Shown here: piece by piece, positions 9,992-20,108 of the stretch
How the letters are laid out: every line of letters starts with the position of its first letter
Numbering within the stretch: position 1 is the stretch's first letter
Origin: Patescibacteria group bacterium
Lineage (GTDB): Bacteria; Patescibacteriota; Microgenomatia; Curtissbacterales; GWA2-41-24
Direction of reading: 5' to 3'
Assembly (NCBI GenBank): GCA_038063735.1
Contig: JBBTUN010000012.1
Location: 1,595-65,594 of the forward strand
DNA: 64,000 bases
Translations under genes and position numbers: made by a program
The notes under the pieces: model-generated
What the model was told of the DNA's origin: nothing
The model's database searches: none
What the model saw: the letters and a program-made list of their open reading frames with translations, nothing else

Positions 9992-10939
9992 TTATTTTTT
10001 CAAAATTTTCTTGACCTCGTGCCCGCCAAAGGCATTGCGAAGCGCCGCAACCATACGAGCGGCAAATGATTTTCGGATTTTCTCACTTGTTTCCGATTCG
10101 CGTCTAATCTCCAGCGACCTTTCTATTATCTCAATTGGCAGCCCTTTTTTCTTCGCCTCCTCAACCGCCCAAACGGTTTCACCGGAAGCCTTGCCAATTA
10201 CCCCTTCAATTTTACTCAAATTTGGGTCCTGGCCCAAAACCTCTATTGCCCGCTCCATCATAAAACCACTGACCAAAGACCCCTTGTCATACAAATTCGC
10301 AACTGCCAACAAATCCAAATTATAAGGTGATTTCTCAAGCACCCCGAAACCTTCTCCGATTGATTGCATATAACCGTATTCAATCGCATTATGGACCATC
10401 TTTACATAGTGCCCGGCACCGCCCTCACCAAAATATTCATATCCACCACTCGGTTTTGCCAAAGATTCCAGAATCGGTTTTATCTCGTGATAAGCAGATT
10501 TATCTCCACCTACCATCATTGGATAACCACTTTCACGGGCAATTAATCCTCCACTTACTCCTATTCCCAAAAACCGCACACCCTTTTTCTTAAAAGATTC
10601 GTGCCGTTTGTCTGTATCCGAAAACCTGGAATTTCCCCCGTCTACGGCGATATCTCCCGCTTCGACGTCGTCCTGAACTTGTTTCAGGATCTTTTCAGTC
10701 GCTTCCCCCGCCGGCAACATTGACCAAACAATTCGGGGTTTATCTAACTTTCCAACCAAATCATTAACTGACTCGGCCACAAACAACTTTGCTAACTGAT
10801 CTTTATCTAAAATCTGAGATCTAAAATCTATAATCTTTTCTTTAGTCCTATTCCAAACCACAACCTCATGACCTTCTTCCAGAAGTTTAGAAACCATCCG
10901 GTTACCCATCTTTCCTAAACCAATAAAACCTAATTTCAT
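9992..10939 (-). CDS. gnd: 6-phosphogluconate dehydrogenase (short, YqeC/Gnd-like form)
   Basis: 'MKLGFIGLGKMGNRMVSKLLEEGHEVVVWNRT' Rossmann N-terminus, about 315 aa. Sits with zwf and pgl. Confidence 0.8.
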   Translation of the reverse strand: MKLGFIGLGKMGNRMVSKLLEEGHEVVVWNRTKEKIIDFRSQILDKDQLAKLFVAESVNDLVGKLDKPRIVWSMLPAGEATEKILKQVQDDVEAGDIAVDGGNSRFSDTDKRHESFKKKGVRFLGIGVSGGLIARESGYPMMVGGDKSAYHEIKPILESLAKPSGGYEYFGEGGAGHYVKMVHNAIEYGYMQSIGEGFGVLEKSPYNLDLLAVANLYDKGSLVSGFMMERAIEVLGQDPNLSKIEGVIGKASGETVWAVEEAKKKGLPIEIIERSLEIRRESETSEKIRKSFAARMVAALRNAFGGHEVKKILKK

Positions 10940-10946
10940 AATTTAA

Positions 10947-11663
10947 TTAAAGCACAATATCAGTAATAACGAACGACTTTACAGGATCCTTTCTATAAAA
11001 AATTGCCGGATATTTTTGCATATCGTTTTCTCCCTCATCCAGCATTATTTTCAAAGCGTCTTTCTTTTCTTGTCCAAACATCATAACTACAAAGTTGGTA
11101 AATTCCCCAAGTGCTCTTATGGTTAAAGTTATCCTTTTTGGAAACTTGTCATCAACTTCTTCTCCAACTACCAAGTCTGCTGATTTCGCTGCAAGACTTC
11201 CGTGGAATACTCCAGCAGTATGAACGTTGCTGCCGACCCCCATTACCCCAACCCTTTTGGGAAACTTTTTAAATAGTTGACTGATTACATCGCCATAAAA
11301 CTTGGTCGTCTCGTCAAAACTTTTTCCGCAAAGAATTTTGCGACTTTCTATGCAATGTTTATCTGCAAATTCTTTTATTCCGGCATCCGCCAATAACTTT
11401 TCGTTGCTATCTTTGTGAAACGGCTCACCATAACGCTCATCCACAACACAAATTGCACCCGGAATAATATCGTCAGCTTGCCCCTCGAAGCCTTGGCGAA
11501 GTGGGGGGCTGACAATCATCTTCTTATAATCCATTGATGTCCCACCGGAAAGCGCCAGAAGTGTATTTTTATCTACAATTTTTTTGAGAATATCATGAGC
11601 TTTAATTTGCCCCGCATCCTTGTCTTTGACTTTTACATGTTCGATCATCTCTTGAGTTTCCAA
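10947..11663 (-). CDS. pgl: 6-phosphogluconolactonase (NagB/DevB family)
   Basis: 'LALSGGTS' motif, about 238 aa. Adjacent to gnd and near zwf, completing the oxidative pentose-phosphate branch. Confidence 0.7.
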   Translation of the reverse strand: METQEMIEHVKVKDKDAGQIKAHDILKKIVDKNTLLALSGGTSMDYKKMIVSPPLRQGFEGQADDIIPGAICVVDERYGEPFHKDSNEKLLADAGIKEFADKHCIESRKILCGKSFDETTKFYGDVISQLFKKFPKRVGVMGVGSNVHTAGVFHGSLAAKSADLVVGEEVDDKFPKRITLTIRALGEFTNFVVMMFGQEKKDALKIMLDEGENDMQKYPAIFYRKDPVKSFVITDIVL

Positions 11664-13027
11664 ACGGCTCCATCTTTTGTGTCTTCAATTTCCACCCCCA
11701 TTTCATTTAACTGACTCCTCACCTTGTCTGACTCTTTGTATTTTCCTTCTGAGCGCAATTTTTCTCTTTTCTCAATCAACCCGCCTGCACCTTTTGGAAG
11801 CTCAGCCTTTTTAACATTGACTAAGCCCAACCCCAAAACTTCATCCAACTTCAGAACCGATTGGTGTTTGGCACTCGAAGGATAATCGCTCCTCACAAGC
11901 TCCCATAAAATAGCTACCGCTTTTGGCATATTCAAATCATTGTTGACCGCCTTTTCAAAATCCCCTTCGTACCCTGCACAACCTATTTTTGATTCTTCCC
12001 AACCAGCGATTTCCACTCTTAAATTATTTAAGGCATTTTGCGCCGACTGCAAACTCTCCCAGGTAAAGTTTAATTTGGATCTGTAATGGGCCGTTAAAAA
12101 TAAATACCGAAGGGCAAGAGGGTCAAAACCACGCTCAACAATATCCTTAAGCGTAAATATATTCTTGTCTCTTTTTGCCATCTTCGCCCCATTAACCAAC
12201 AAATGCTCTCCCTCCATCCAAACATTTACAAATTTCTTCCCGGTTGCCGCTTCACTTTGGGCAATTTCGTTTTCATGATGCGGAAAAAGTAAATCAATTG
12301 CACCGGCATGAATATCAATTGTCTCCCCAAGCTCATTCATGCTCATTGCCGAACATTCAATATGCCAACCGGGCCTTCCTTCGCCAAACGGCGCATCCCA
12401 ACTTGGCTCACCTTGCCTTTTGCCTGCCCCTCGAAGCTTTAGCGGAGTGGGGAATTTCCAAAGTGCAAAATCCGTCCAGCTCTCCTTATCGTATTCGTCA
12501 CTGGCAACACGGGCCCCTTTCTTTAAATTCCGTTTTTCAAGCTGTGATAACTTTCCGTAATTTCTAAATTTTTCAACCGAAAAATAAACCCCGTCTTCTC
12601 CTTTGTACGCAAAACCTTTTTTAAGAAGAGTTTCAATAAGTCTAATCATCGAATCAATCGATCCTGTAGCCCTTGGATAAAGGTCTGCCCTTTCTATATT
12701 TAATTTTTCAAGATCCTCAAAAAATGAGTATGAGTATTTATTTGTTAAATCATTAATTGGAATTTTTAACTCTTGGGCTTTTTTAATTATCTTGTCGTCA
12801 ATATCGGTTAGGTTCATTATGTGCTTAACCTTATAACCGTTAAACACCAAAACTCGCTTCAAAACGTCCTCAAATACGAACGTGCGCCAATTTCCAATAT
12901 GCACATAGTCATAAACAGTCGGACCGCAAGTATAAAGCCCTACAGTCGACACCACGGATTTGTCAAAACTTTCAACTTTTCTGGTTAAATAATTGTAAAA
13001 CTTAAGAGGCATATCTACACCCACCAC
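11645..13027 (-). CDS. cysS: cysteine--tRNA ligase
   Basis: Class I HIGH motif 'YDYVHIGNWRTF', KMSKS-like 'GAKMAKRDKN', Zn-binding Cys. 460 aa. Confidence 0.9.
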   Translation of the reverse strand: MVGVDMPLKFYNYLTRKVESFDKSVVSTVGLYTCGPTVYDYVHIGNWRTFVFEDVLKRVLVFNGYKVKHIMNLTDIDDKIIKKAQELKIPINDLTNKYSYSFFEDLEKLNIERADLYPRATGSIDSMIRLIETLLKKGFAYKGEDGVYFSVEKFRNYGKLSQLEKRNLKKGARVASDEYDKESWTDFALWKFPTPLKLRGAGKRQGEPSWDAPFGEGRPGWHIECSAMSMNELGETIDIHAGAIDLLFPHHENEIAQSEAATGKKFVNVWMEGEHLLVNGAKMAKRDKNIFTLKDIVERGFDPLALRYLFLTAHYRSKLNFTWESLQSAQNALNNLRVEIAGWEESKIGCAGYEGDFEKAVNNDLNMPKAVAILWELVRSDYPSSAKHQSVLKLDEVLGLGLVNVKKAELPKGAGGLIEKREKLRSEGKYKESDKVRSQLNEMGVEIEDTKDGAVWKLKR

Positions 13028-13049
13028 TTGAGGCTAATTGTAGCATAGC

Positions 13050-13454
13050 CTACTCTGCACCCATATTCCTACTTTTTTCCGCGCTTCCCATTGCAACTGC
13101 CCTTGCAACATCTTGTCTTTCTTCACGCTTTTTCTCCCCGGCAAGTTGCTGCAAAACCAGCTTTTTCTGTTCTTCTTCCTGCTGCTTTGCCTGTTCCTCT
13201 TGTTTCATTTTCATTCTGTGTTCCTGGTAAATAGCCATTATGCCTTGCCTTCTCTGGATATATTCCTGCTCGTCCGCCAGTCGTGATGCCTCCGCCTGTT
13301 CCTTGACTTGATCGTCCGTCAAGTCTTGCTGCTTGCTTCCGGTTATTTGGCTCCACATGTCGGAACCCGCACCCTGAAGCTGCCCAAAAACGTGACTACC
13401 CGCTTGTTTTGCACGAATCCTAGCTTCACTGGCAACATCGGCAGCAATGTCCAT
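13050..13454 (-). CDS. hypothetical charged coiled-coil protein
   Basis: K/E/Q-rich ('KQEEQAKQQEEEQKK') with no TM segment. Lies downstream of the ECF sigma gene, so a regulatory partner is possible but unsupported. Confidence 0.25.
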   Translation of the reverse strand: MDIAADVASEARIRAKQAGSHVFGQLQGAGSDMWSQITGSKQQDLTDDQVKEQAEASRLADEQEYIQRRQGIMAIYQEHRMKMKQEEQAKQQEEEQKKLVLQQLAGEKKREERQDVARAVAMGSAEKSRNMGAE

Positions 13455-13515
13455 AATTTAATTGTGAGATAAACTCGCCAAAGAAGCAACACGACGAAGA
13501 ATCAAAAAGGGAGAT

Positions 13516-14145
13516 CTAAGCTACATCGCTGTCTTCTAGTTCGATTTCCCGTTCAATAACCCTATTTAATCTAGACTGTGCTCTATTTTTAATAACTCGA
13601 ATATTCCCCGCGGATAGTCCAACCTTGTCAGCAATTTCATCATATTTTCTGTCTTCAATAACGCGCAACCGTATAACGTTTCGCTGATCAACAGTCAAAA
13701 CGTTCCTTGCAATCTCATTCACTCGATCAATCTCGAAACTACGCTCAACAGCTGTTTGCGGTTCATGCGCGTCTGGAGCGGGCAAAAGATCATTATCCAC
13801 AACTGTATGCAAAGAAACTTCGTTTTTTTTGCCTCGTAAATAATCAACACCTAAATTGTGTACTATTCGTAGTAACCAATAATTCATTGATATCCCCTTA
13901 TGTACATATCTAGGAAGTGCTTCAACCGCCCTCAAAAAAGCATGTTGTGTTAAATCCTCAGCAGTTTCCTCGTTTCCAACCATAGCTTGAGCATGACTGT
14001 ATATACCTGGCCTAAACTTTTCAAAAATTTGGCCGAGGGCGTGACTATCACCAACCTGAGCCTTGTCGATTAAGTCTGCTTCAGCTCTAGTTGCGGGAAT
14101 TCTTATAAATTCAATATTTCCGGGTAAGGCTCGTTCCATAGACAA
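13516..14145 (-). CDS. RNA polymerase sigma factor, ECF (sigma-70 family group IV)
   Basis: Region 2 'AEDLTQHAFLRAVEALPRY' and region 4 HTH 'YDEIADKVGLSAGNIRVIKNRAQSRL'. 209 aa. Confidence 0.7.
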   Translation of the reverse strand: MSMERALPGNIEFIRIPATRAEADLIDKAQVGDSHALGQIFEKFRPGIYSHAQAMVGNEETAEDLTQHAFLRAVEALPRYVHKGISMNYWLLRIVHNLGVDYLRGKKNEVSLHTVVDNDLLPAPDAHEPQTAVERSFEIDRVNEIARNVLTVDQRNVIRLRVIEDRKYDEIADKVGLSAGNIRVIKNRAQSRLNRVIEREIELEDSDVA

Positions 14146-14190
14146 GAATCTTACCAGAAATTAGGCACATTATCAACCTATAATATAATA

Positions 14191-14784
14191 TTAGAAGTCT
14201 TTTCGTCCTTCAAGCGCCCGTCGAAGAGTAATTTCGTCCGCATATTCCAACTCTGCCCCAATCGGTATCCCCCTGGCAATTCTGGTAGTTTTAATTCCAA
14301 GTGGCTTAACAAGCCGTTGGATATACATCGCGGTTGCCTCGCCTTCCATAGACGGATTAGTGGCCAAAATTATTTCCGTAACAACCCCATCGCGAAGTCT
14401 GGGTAAAAGCTGCCGTATTCTGAGCTCTTCCGGTCCTATGTTCTCCAGCGGGGCAATGACCCCGTGTAAAACGTGATACATTCCCCGAAAGCCGCTTTTA
14501 TCAACTGCCCAAACATCCAGGGGGTCCTCGACTACGCAAATTATGGATTTATCCCGGTCGTCATCCGTACAAATATCGCAGGGGCTAATTTCCGTCACAT
14601 TCTGGCAAATAGTACAAATCTTGGTCCTCTTTTTTAAATCCAGGGCAGCCAGACCGATACCTTCGGCCAAGCCATCCGGCGCATGTAAAAGATAATATGT
14701 AAGCCGAGCAGCAGTCTTTGGCCCGATTCCGGGCAAAGATTCAAACGCCTCAATCATCGCAGCAACACTTTTTGGAATTTTCAT
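14191..14784 (-). CDS. recR: recombination protein RecR
   Basis: HhH N-terminus 'LPGIGPKTAARL', C4 zinc finger 'CTICQNVTEISPCDIC', Toprim domain. Confidence 0.9.
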   Translation of the reverse strand: MKIPKSVAAMIEAFESLPGIGPKTAARLTYYLLHAPDGLAEGIGLAALDLKKRTKICTICQNVTEISPCDICTDDDRDKSIICVVEDPLDVWAVDKSGFRGMYHVLHGVIAPLENIGPEELRIRQLLPRLRDGVVTEIILATNPSMEGEATAMYIQRLVKPLGIKTTRIARGIPIGAELEYADEITLRRALEGRKDF

Positions 14785-14824
14785 CTAAAGAAGTATATCA
14801 ATTAAGAAGAATTAAAGTGAACAC

Positions 14825-15112
14825 TTAATTTCCGCCAAGCATTCCCTTGAGGGAATCAAAACCGCCCATTTGCTGCATCTTTTTGGCAGCTTCTTTTTGG
14901 CTTTCTTTTATCGCCTCATTAACAGCCTCAACTACAGAATCATCATCCTTATCGTTGGAATCAACAGACACTACCCTTTGCGCCAGCGTTATTTTTACCT
15001 TAACTCCCCGTTTTTCTACCTCAACCGTTTCAGCATCCAGCGCCCTTTGCATTGCCATTGCGTCATCACGCATTTTTTTAAGTTCCTTTAGCTGTTGGAG
15101 TTTATCAAACAT
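14825..15112 (-). CDS. ybaB: nucleoid-associated protein YbaB/EbfC
   Basis: 95 aa with the typical 'LQQLKELKKMRDDAMAMQRALD' sequence. Canonical dnaX-ybaB-recR neighbourhood (dnaX lies further downstream here). Confidence 0.8.
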   Translation of the reverse strand: MFDKLQQLKELKKMRDDAMAMQRALDAETVEVEKRGVKVKITLAQRVVSVDSNDKDDDSVVEAVNEAIKESQKEAAKKMQQMGGFDSLKGMLGGN

Positions 15113-15215
15113 AACAAATACCTTGAGTCATGATACAAATGACAGTTGTCAAATGTCAATCGTTTACCCTGAAATTGAGTCAGGAAAATTGTATTATTGA
15201 AGGGTTAAATGTAAA

Positions 15216-15578
15216 ATGTGCATAGTGCATATCACTATCTCCGCTATCCATCTTAAAAATCCCCAGAAAGCCAAAGACTATGCCAAGAGCAAATTTACAA
15301 AACTCACCAAATACGACCAGCGTATAGAAAAAATAGAAGTCCGTTTAATAGGGGCGCTAAGCCACAGAGACAAAAACACAGATTTTGACTGCGAACTTAA
15401 AATAGTCGTTCCCGGTCACGATCTCGAAATAAAAGACACTCAAAGCACAATAACAGCTGCCATCGACAAAGCAGAAGATCGCGTTAAAAGACTACTGGTC
15501 AAAAATAAAGAGAAACACCTGTCTAAAAAACACAAACTGGGGCTTATATCGAAAATTCGCCAAAAACTCTCGTTCTAG
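15216..15578 (+). CDS. hpf: ribosome hibernation promoting factor (short HPF/RaiA)
   Basis: 'HITISAIHLKNPQKAKDYAKSKFTKLTKYDQRIEKIEVRL' matches the HPF N-terminal fold pattern. Confidence 0.65.
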   Translation: MCIVHITISAIHLKNPQKAKDYAKSKFTKLTKYDQRIEKIEVRLIGALSHRDKNTDFDCELKIVVPGHDLEIKDTQSTITAAIDKAEDRVKRLLVKNKEKHLSKKHKLGLISKIRQKLSF

Positions 15579-16013
15579 CTATTCTTCAAATTTTTTAAAT
15601 TCTTCGGATTTCTGCTTTAGGATAGTCGATTTCGCCTTAAGGTGGTTGTGCGGTTTAAGTCTTACAACCTCAGTTTTTTTAAGCCCAACTTTATCAAGTT
15701 CGCGCCGTACTAAAGTGTCACTGGCCCACTGGTCATAGCCCAAACAAACTACATCCGGTAAATACTCCTTTATATGATCAAAGAAGTCGTCTACTGCTCC
15801 AAGTACCGCGTTATCTACAATCTTAAGTTGCCTAATCATGTCCAACCGCTCTTCTTCATTAAACAGCGGCCGCTTGTGTTTTATTTTCTCAACATTGTAG
15901 TCCCTGCCAACAGAAACAATAAGAGAATCTCCAAGAGCTTTTGCCTGCCTGAAAAAGTCCAGGTGGCCCGGATGTAAACCGTCAAAAGCACCAAAACACA
16001 TTACGACTTTCAT
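15579..16013 (-). CDS. cytidylyltransferase-like nucleotidyltransferase (HxGH family)
   Basis: 'GAFDGLHPGHLDFF' (T/H)xGH nucleotidyltransferase motif. 144 aa. PPAT/RibL/TagD-like; substrate unknown. Confidence 0.5.
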   Translation of the reverse strand: MKVVMCFGAFDGLHPGHLDFFRQAKALGDSLIVSVGRDYNVEKIKHKRPLFNEEERLDMIRQLKIVDNAVLGAVDDFFDHIKEYLPDVVCLGYDQWASDTLVRRELDKVGLKKTEVVRLKPHNHLKAKSTILKQKSEEFKKFEE

Positions 16014-16028
16014 TTGCTGCTCCTTCGT

Positions 16029-16586
16029 TTAAAAAGTTCCTTCCAAAACATGCTTCTCCGGCCTTTCATCCTCAGACGTAATCTCACGGGTAATCCAAAC
16101 GCTTTTTAGACTCGAATATTTATCCGAATCGCGAAATGTTAAACTCCAGGCTGTTTTTGCTCCTTCCATAAAACCCGCCTCCACCGTTTGCCCACCACCA
16201 ACCAGCCACACTTCGTACTTACTACCTTTGGGGTCTGGTAATGTAGCATCCACGGTTAGTGTATAACTACCGTTTCCAAAAACCCTGGTTGCAACAGCCG
16301 ACGCAGCTTCACCGCTCACATTCCTAAGCGTAGCAGTGTTACTCGTTAAATTTACGGCATTTTCTACCTCAACAGGAGTACCGTCAACTTTTACTGGGGT
16401 CAAACCCCGAGTAGCATCACGAAGAACAATACTGTCCCCACTCCCACCAATACCTGCAACGTTAGTCTTGGAAGCAATAAAGTACAAAACTCCCGCTATT
16501 AAAATAACAATAATAATTGTCCGAACTGCTTTTGGGGATGTCTGGCGTTTTCTTTTTAATAAGCTTTGGTTTGCCAAATCTCGCAT
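16029..16586 (-). CDS. hypothetical membrane-anchored protein
   Basis: Single N-terminal TM, Thr/Ser/Val-rich beta ectodomain. Confidence 0.3.
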   Translation of the reverse strand: MRDLANQSLLKRKRQTSPKAVRTIIIVILIAGVLYFIASKTNVAGIGGSGDSIVLRDATRGLTPVKVDGTPVEVENAVNLTSNTATLRNVSGEAASAVATRVFGNGSYTLTVDATLPDPKGSKYEVWLVGGGQTVEAGFMEGAKTAWSLTFRDSDKYSSLKSVWITREITSEDERPEKHVLEGTF

Positions 16587-16632
16587 GTTATTAAAGTTAA
16601 GCTTATCACAACTAAAAGTTACAGTTCAAAAC

Positions 16633-17067
16633 TTAAAAGGAAGACTGCCTTATACCTATTTTGGGTGTAAGTTGACGCCTTCGCTTTTTTGACCGCCTCA
16701 CCCGCCCATTATCCAAAATTATAGAGTAAACTACGGGAACGAGTAGAACCACAGGGTACAAAAGCCAATTTCGGGAATCGGAAAAATAAAAAACAAGGTC
16801 AAAATAATAAAACTTGGCAACCTCAAAAAAGTTGATTAAAATTAGCACAAAAAACCAGGCAATGGACACTCCAATTCCAACCGCCAACAAATTTTCCCCA
16901 GGCACATTTTTGTTATCAAGATAATATACAGTCGCAAGTAGTACAACCAGAGGAAGTATTATATAAAACCACGGCAGCAAAACTACCCCGCTGACCAGAA
17001 AGGTCAGAATCCATATTAAAGCGCAGTACCACAAAATCCGCCAGCTCGGTTTTAAGTATCTTCCCAT
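16633..17067 (-). CDS. hypothetical integral membrane protein
   Basis: Three to four hydrophobic helices. Confidence 0.3.
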   Translation of the reverse strand: MGRYLKPSWRILWYCALIWILTFLVSGVVLLPWFYIILPLVVLLATVYYLDNKNVPGENLLAVGIGVSIAWFFVLILINFFEVAKFYYFDLVFYFSDSRNWLLYPVVLLVPVVYSIILDNGRVRRSKKRRRQLTPKIGIRQSSF

Positions 17068-17188
17068 TCAATTAAAACGCGTCTTTAGGGGGTTAAATTT
17101 GTTTCCCGCATCAAATCTACGACTTTTAATTTCTTGCGTCAAGAGGGGCAAAGTGGTGCTTATTTAGTGATTAATATCCAAAAAGGGG

Positions 17189-17512
17189 TTACTGGGAGTC
17201 GACCGCTTGATTAACTCCTAAAACGTCACTATCAATTGTATCTAAATTCGTCCCCGATAAATCTTTCTCAATAGAGCCGATGTCATCCTCGGGTTCCAAT
17301 TTATTTATTTGTTGCGTTTGGTCACCATTCACGTCAACTTTATGATCTGGAATTGATACGGGGTTATATCCACCCAAAAAACCATATTTATACAAAACAA
17401 CGCCCAAGATACCAACAACTACCAAAAACATTACAACCAAAACTAAAACCGACCCTCTGCGATTAGTCATTCCCCGCCTCCCCCGCACTTTTTGATCCCT
17501 CGCGCAATGCAC
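17189..17512 (-). CDS. hypothetical small membrane protein
   Basis: One TM ('VLVLVVMFLVVVGILGVVLY'). Confidence 0.25.
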   Translation of the reverse strand: MHCARDQKVRGRRGMTNRRGSVLVLVVMFLVVVGILGVVLYKYGFLGGYNPVSIPDHKVDVNGDQTQQINKLEPEDDIGSIEKDLSGTNLDTIDSDVLGVNQAVDSQ

Positions 17513-18038
17513 TTGCCGCTTTTAATTCTCTGAGCGTCTCAACAAGCCCCTTATGGTACGCAAACAGCGCATTCTTAGCGTCTTTAATTGAAGCAAGAGC
17601 CGTGTCAAGCGTGGTTCTGTCAACAACGGCCAAAGTATCACTAGCCGCTTTGTCTATAGCTCCCTTGGCCTTAACCTGTAACAATTTCGCTTCTGCTAAT
17701 TTCGCTTCAGCTTTAGATGTATTTACACCTTTTTCGCCAAGCTTTTTTATTCTGCTTTCAATTTTGCCCGAAATTTTATCCAGTCGCAAAAGATAAGCAT
17801 TCAAATTCCTGTCTATTGTGGAAAGCCTTTTGGTAACATTTTTTTTGATCTTGTCTTTTAACTCAGCCCTTCTGGATGCCTCTTTTTCGCGAATTTCAGC
17901 CTTTACTTCAACCTTCTTGTCACGCAAAGGAACATTTGTGGAATTAAAACTGCCCACTGTTGCCGAAACCCCAGAACTAAAAATAATTAGGGCAAGCGCG
18001 AAAACCAACACGAAAACTGGGAATTTCCTCACAACCAC
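17463..18038 (-). CDS. secreted coiled-coil hypothetical protein
   Basis: Signal peptide followed by a long K/E/A-rich helical region. Confidence 0.3.
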   Translation of the reverse strand: MVVRKFPVFVLVFALALIIFSSGVSATVGSFNSTNVPLRDKKVEVKAEIREKEASRRAELKDKIKKNVTKRLSTIDRNLNAYLLRLDKISGKIESRIKKLGEKGVNTSKAEAKLAEAKLLQVKAKGAIDKAASDTLAVVDRTTLDTALASIKDAKNALFAYHKGLVETLRELKAASALREGSKSAGEAGND

Positions 18039-18069
18039 ATGTTATCAAGTAATAATTAATGCAGTCAAG

Positions 18070-18483
18070 TTACCGTGGAGAAACAGATAGTGTAATAGCG
18101 GTTTTCTTACCATCTGCAGCAGTATTAATAGTAACTGTTCCGGCCTGCTTATTATTTTTAATATCATAAGAATAATTTGTTTCAGAGTTTTGCACAAATT
18201 TAAATTCCCACCCAAGCGACCCCAGCGAATTGTTATAAAACTCGACAACCTTGGCAATGTTGTCATCTGTTATGGCAGATGCACCATATGAACTATCAGA
18301 GCCATAACTTTCTACTATTTTTGCCTTAGGATACAGGGGTAGAGCCGGAAAATTTTTACCCGCTCTCCCTTTTAGAAAAAGTCCGGGCTTGGATTGGTCC
18401 CCGCTACTAGCACCACCCAAATTTGGTAAACAAGCCGACAAAAAAACAGACAAAAAAATAACTATAAATATTTGCGCTCTCAC
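18070..18483 (-). CDS. putative lipoprotein
   Basis: 'IVIFLSVFLSAC' lipobox-like signal. Confidence 0.4.
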   Translation of the reverse strand: MRAQIFIVIFLSVFLSACLPNLGGASSGDQSKPGLFLKGRAGKNFPALPLYPKAKIVESYGSDSSYGASAITDDNIAKVVEFYNNSLGSLGWEFKFVQNSETNYSYDIKNNKQAGTVTINTAADGKKTAITLSVSPR

Positions 18484-20102
18484 TTTGAAAATATTTCCTG
18501 AGCTATTTTCTCAAGCTCATCAGCTTTTACATCGACCACATCGCTTCTACCGACTGCGACAGTTGGGGTGCTTTCCCGTTTTGCCAAAATAAACTTTAGC
18601 CGAACCCGTCTGCCAATTGTTTCCTCCATTTTGCTATCTAACATATGCATTATTTTTGGCTCTTCAAGCTTGTCCTTATGAAATTTATAAAAAACTTCAA
18701 GTGTTAAACTTTCCCCATCAAAACCAAACGGTTTGGTAGATCTGAGCAAAGCAACAACATGGGCATTCAGTGGCCTAACTCTATTTAAGAATTCGCTCCA
18801 GTTTTTTTCAACCTCCACAAGACCTTTCCCCCCACTCCTGGGCCTTATTTCCATTTTGACATCGTCATCCTGTTCTTCCTTTGCCTGTAGTACACTCGAT
18901 GATTCTGTATGTTTTACTGCCTCTGATACTTTTGACACATTTGACTCATTTACTACCCTTACTCCAGCCTCTCCTATAAACTTGCATATTGCCAAAACAA
19001 GTGGAATTTGCGCCATCGGAAAAATCTTGATCTCCCCGTCGGCAATAATCAGTAAACGTATTAGTGTCTGCAATTTTTCAAATTCGATACTGTCGGCAAG
19101 TTGCTTAAGATCTGCCTGGCTATTCTCGTCCAACTCTTCAAAATTGTCAGCACCAATTTTAAAATACAAAACCTTTTCCAAATACAAGACTGTTTGCCTT
19201 ATAAATAAAGAGATGTCCACCCCCTCTTCAACAAGATCTTCTACAAAAAGTGCGGCAGGCTTGATTTCTGATCGAATTAACATTTCGACAAAGTTATAGA
19301 TCTGGTTTTTGCCACTAACTTTTGCAATTGCCGAAACATCTTCTTGCTTTATTTCACCGTTTGCACTTAACTGGTCCAAAAGCGAAACAGCATCCCTAAA
19401 CGATCCGTCGGCCACTTCTGCAATTTGACTCGCGCTGCCCTGGTCCAGTTTTATTTTCTCGCTCCTGGCAATTCTGGTAACAGCACTGGCAATATCAACC
19501 TTGCTTGCTCTTTTAAAATTAAACTTCTGCAGGCGCGATAAAATTGTTGCTGGTAGCTTGCTGTATTCGGTCGTTGCCAAAATAAAAATAGCGTGTTTTG
19601 GGGGTTCCTCGAGAGTTTTCAGGAGTGCATTGAACGCTTCCGTAGTTAACATATGCACCTCGTCGATAATATAAACCTTATAAGGAGAAGAAACTGGAGA
19701 GAGCTTAACCTTTTCCCGCAAATCTCGTATTTCGTCGATCCCGCGATTAGAAGCCGCGTCTATTTCGACAAGATCCAAAGACGAACCGTTTGTTATCGCA
19801 ATACAACTTTGGCACTTATTGCATGGTTCCCCAAAACGGTTAATAGTTAATGGTTCATGGTCAATAGATTCTTTTCCGTCCTTTCTTCTGTGAACTGCCA
19901 ACTTTGAACGGTAAACTTCACAATTAATCGCCTTTGCCAAAATCCTGGCTGTGGAAGTTTTCCCCGTACCCCGCGTGCCATAAAATAAATAAGCATGACC
20001 AATTTTCCCGCTTGTTAACTGGCTCTCAAGTGTTCTTTTAACCTCTTCCTGCCCAATAAGCTCGCCAAGCGTTTGAGGTCTATATTTTCTATAAAAAACC
20101 AT
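18480..20102 (-). CDS. dnaX: DNA polymerase III subunit gamma/tau
   Basis: AAA+ Walker A 'GTRGTGKTSTARILAKAINC', Zn module 'CNKCQSC'. The C-terminal part carries a repeat-derived 'SNVSKVSEAV' insert. Confidence 0.9.
   Translation of the reverse strand: MVFYRKYRPQTLGELIGQEEVKRTLESQLTSGKIGHAYLFYGTRGTGKTSTARILAKAINCEVYRSKLAVHRRKDGKESIDHEPLTINRFGEPCNKCQSCIAITNGSSLDLVEIDAASNRGIDEIRDLREKVKLSPVSSPYKVYIIDEVHMLTTEAFNALLKTLEEPPKHAIFILATTEYSKLPATILSRLQKFNFKRASKVDIASAVTRIARSEKIKLDQGSASQIAEVADGSFRDAVSLLDQLSANGEIKQEDVSAIAKVSGKNQIYNFVEMLIRSEIKPAALFVEDLVEEGVDISLFIRQTVLYLEKVLYFKIGADNFEELDENSQADLKQLADSIEFEKLQTLIRLLIIADGEIKIFPMAQIPLVLAICKFIGEAGVRVVNESNVSKVSEAVKHTESSSVLQAKEEQDDDVKMEIRPRSGGKGLVEVEKNWSEFLNRVRPLNAHVVALLRSTKPFGFDGESLTLEVFYKFHKDKLEEPKIMHMLDSKMEETIGRRVRLKFILAKRESTPTVAVGRSDVVDVKADELEKIAQEIFSK
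18915..18960 (-). repeat. dispersed repeat family 1 copy (GTATCAAAR 9-mer tandem), in frame in dnaX
   Basis: 'tgatacttttgacacatttgactcatttac'. Encodes SNVSKVSEAV. Confidence 0.6.
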
Positions 20103-20108
20103 TAGCGT

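Noticed and set aside
10815-10840. 17-mer 'TCTAAAATCTATAATC' shared (16/17) between gnd and the folD 5' region (53545-53575), plus an internal 24-nt near-duplicate in folD
   Set aside because: In about 40% GC DNA a 17-mer with one mismatch is expected by chance a handful of times per 64 kb when both strands are counted. There are no further copies and no structure. Not called a repeat family.
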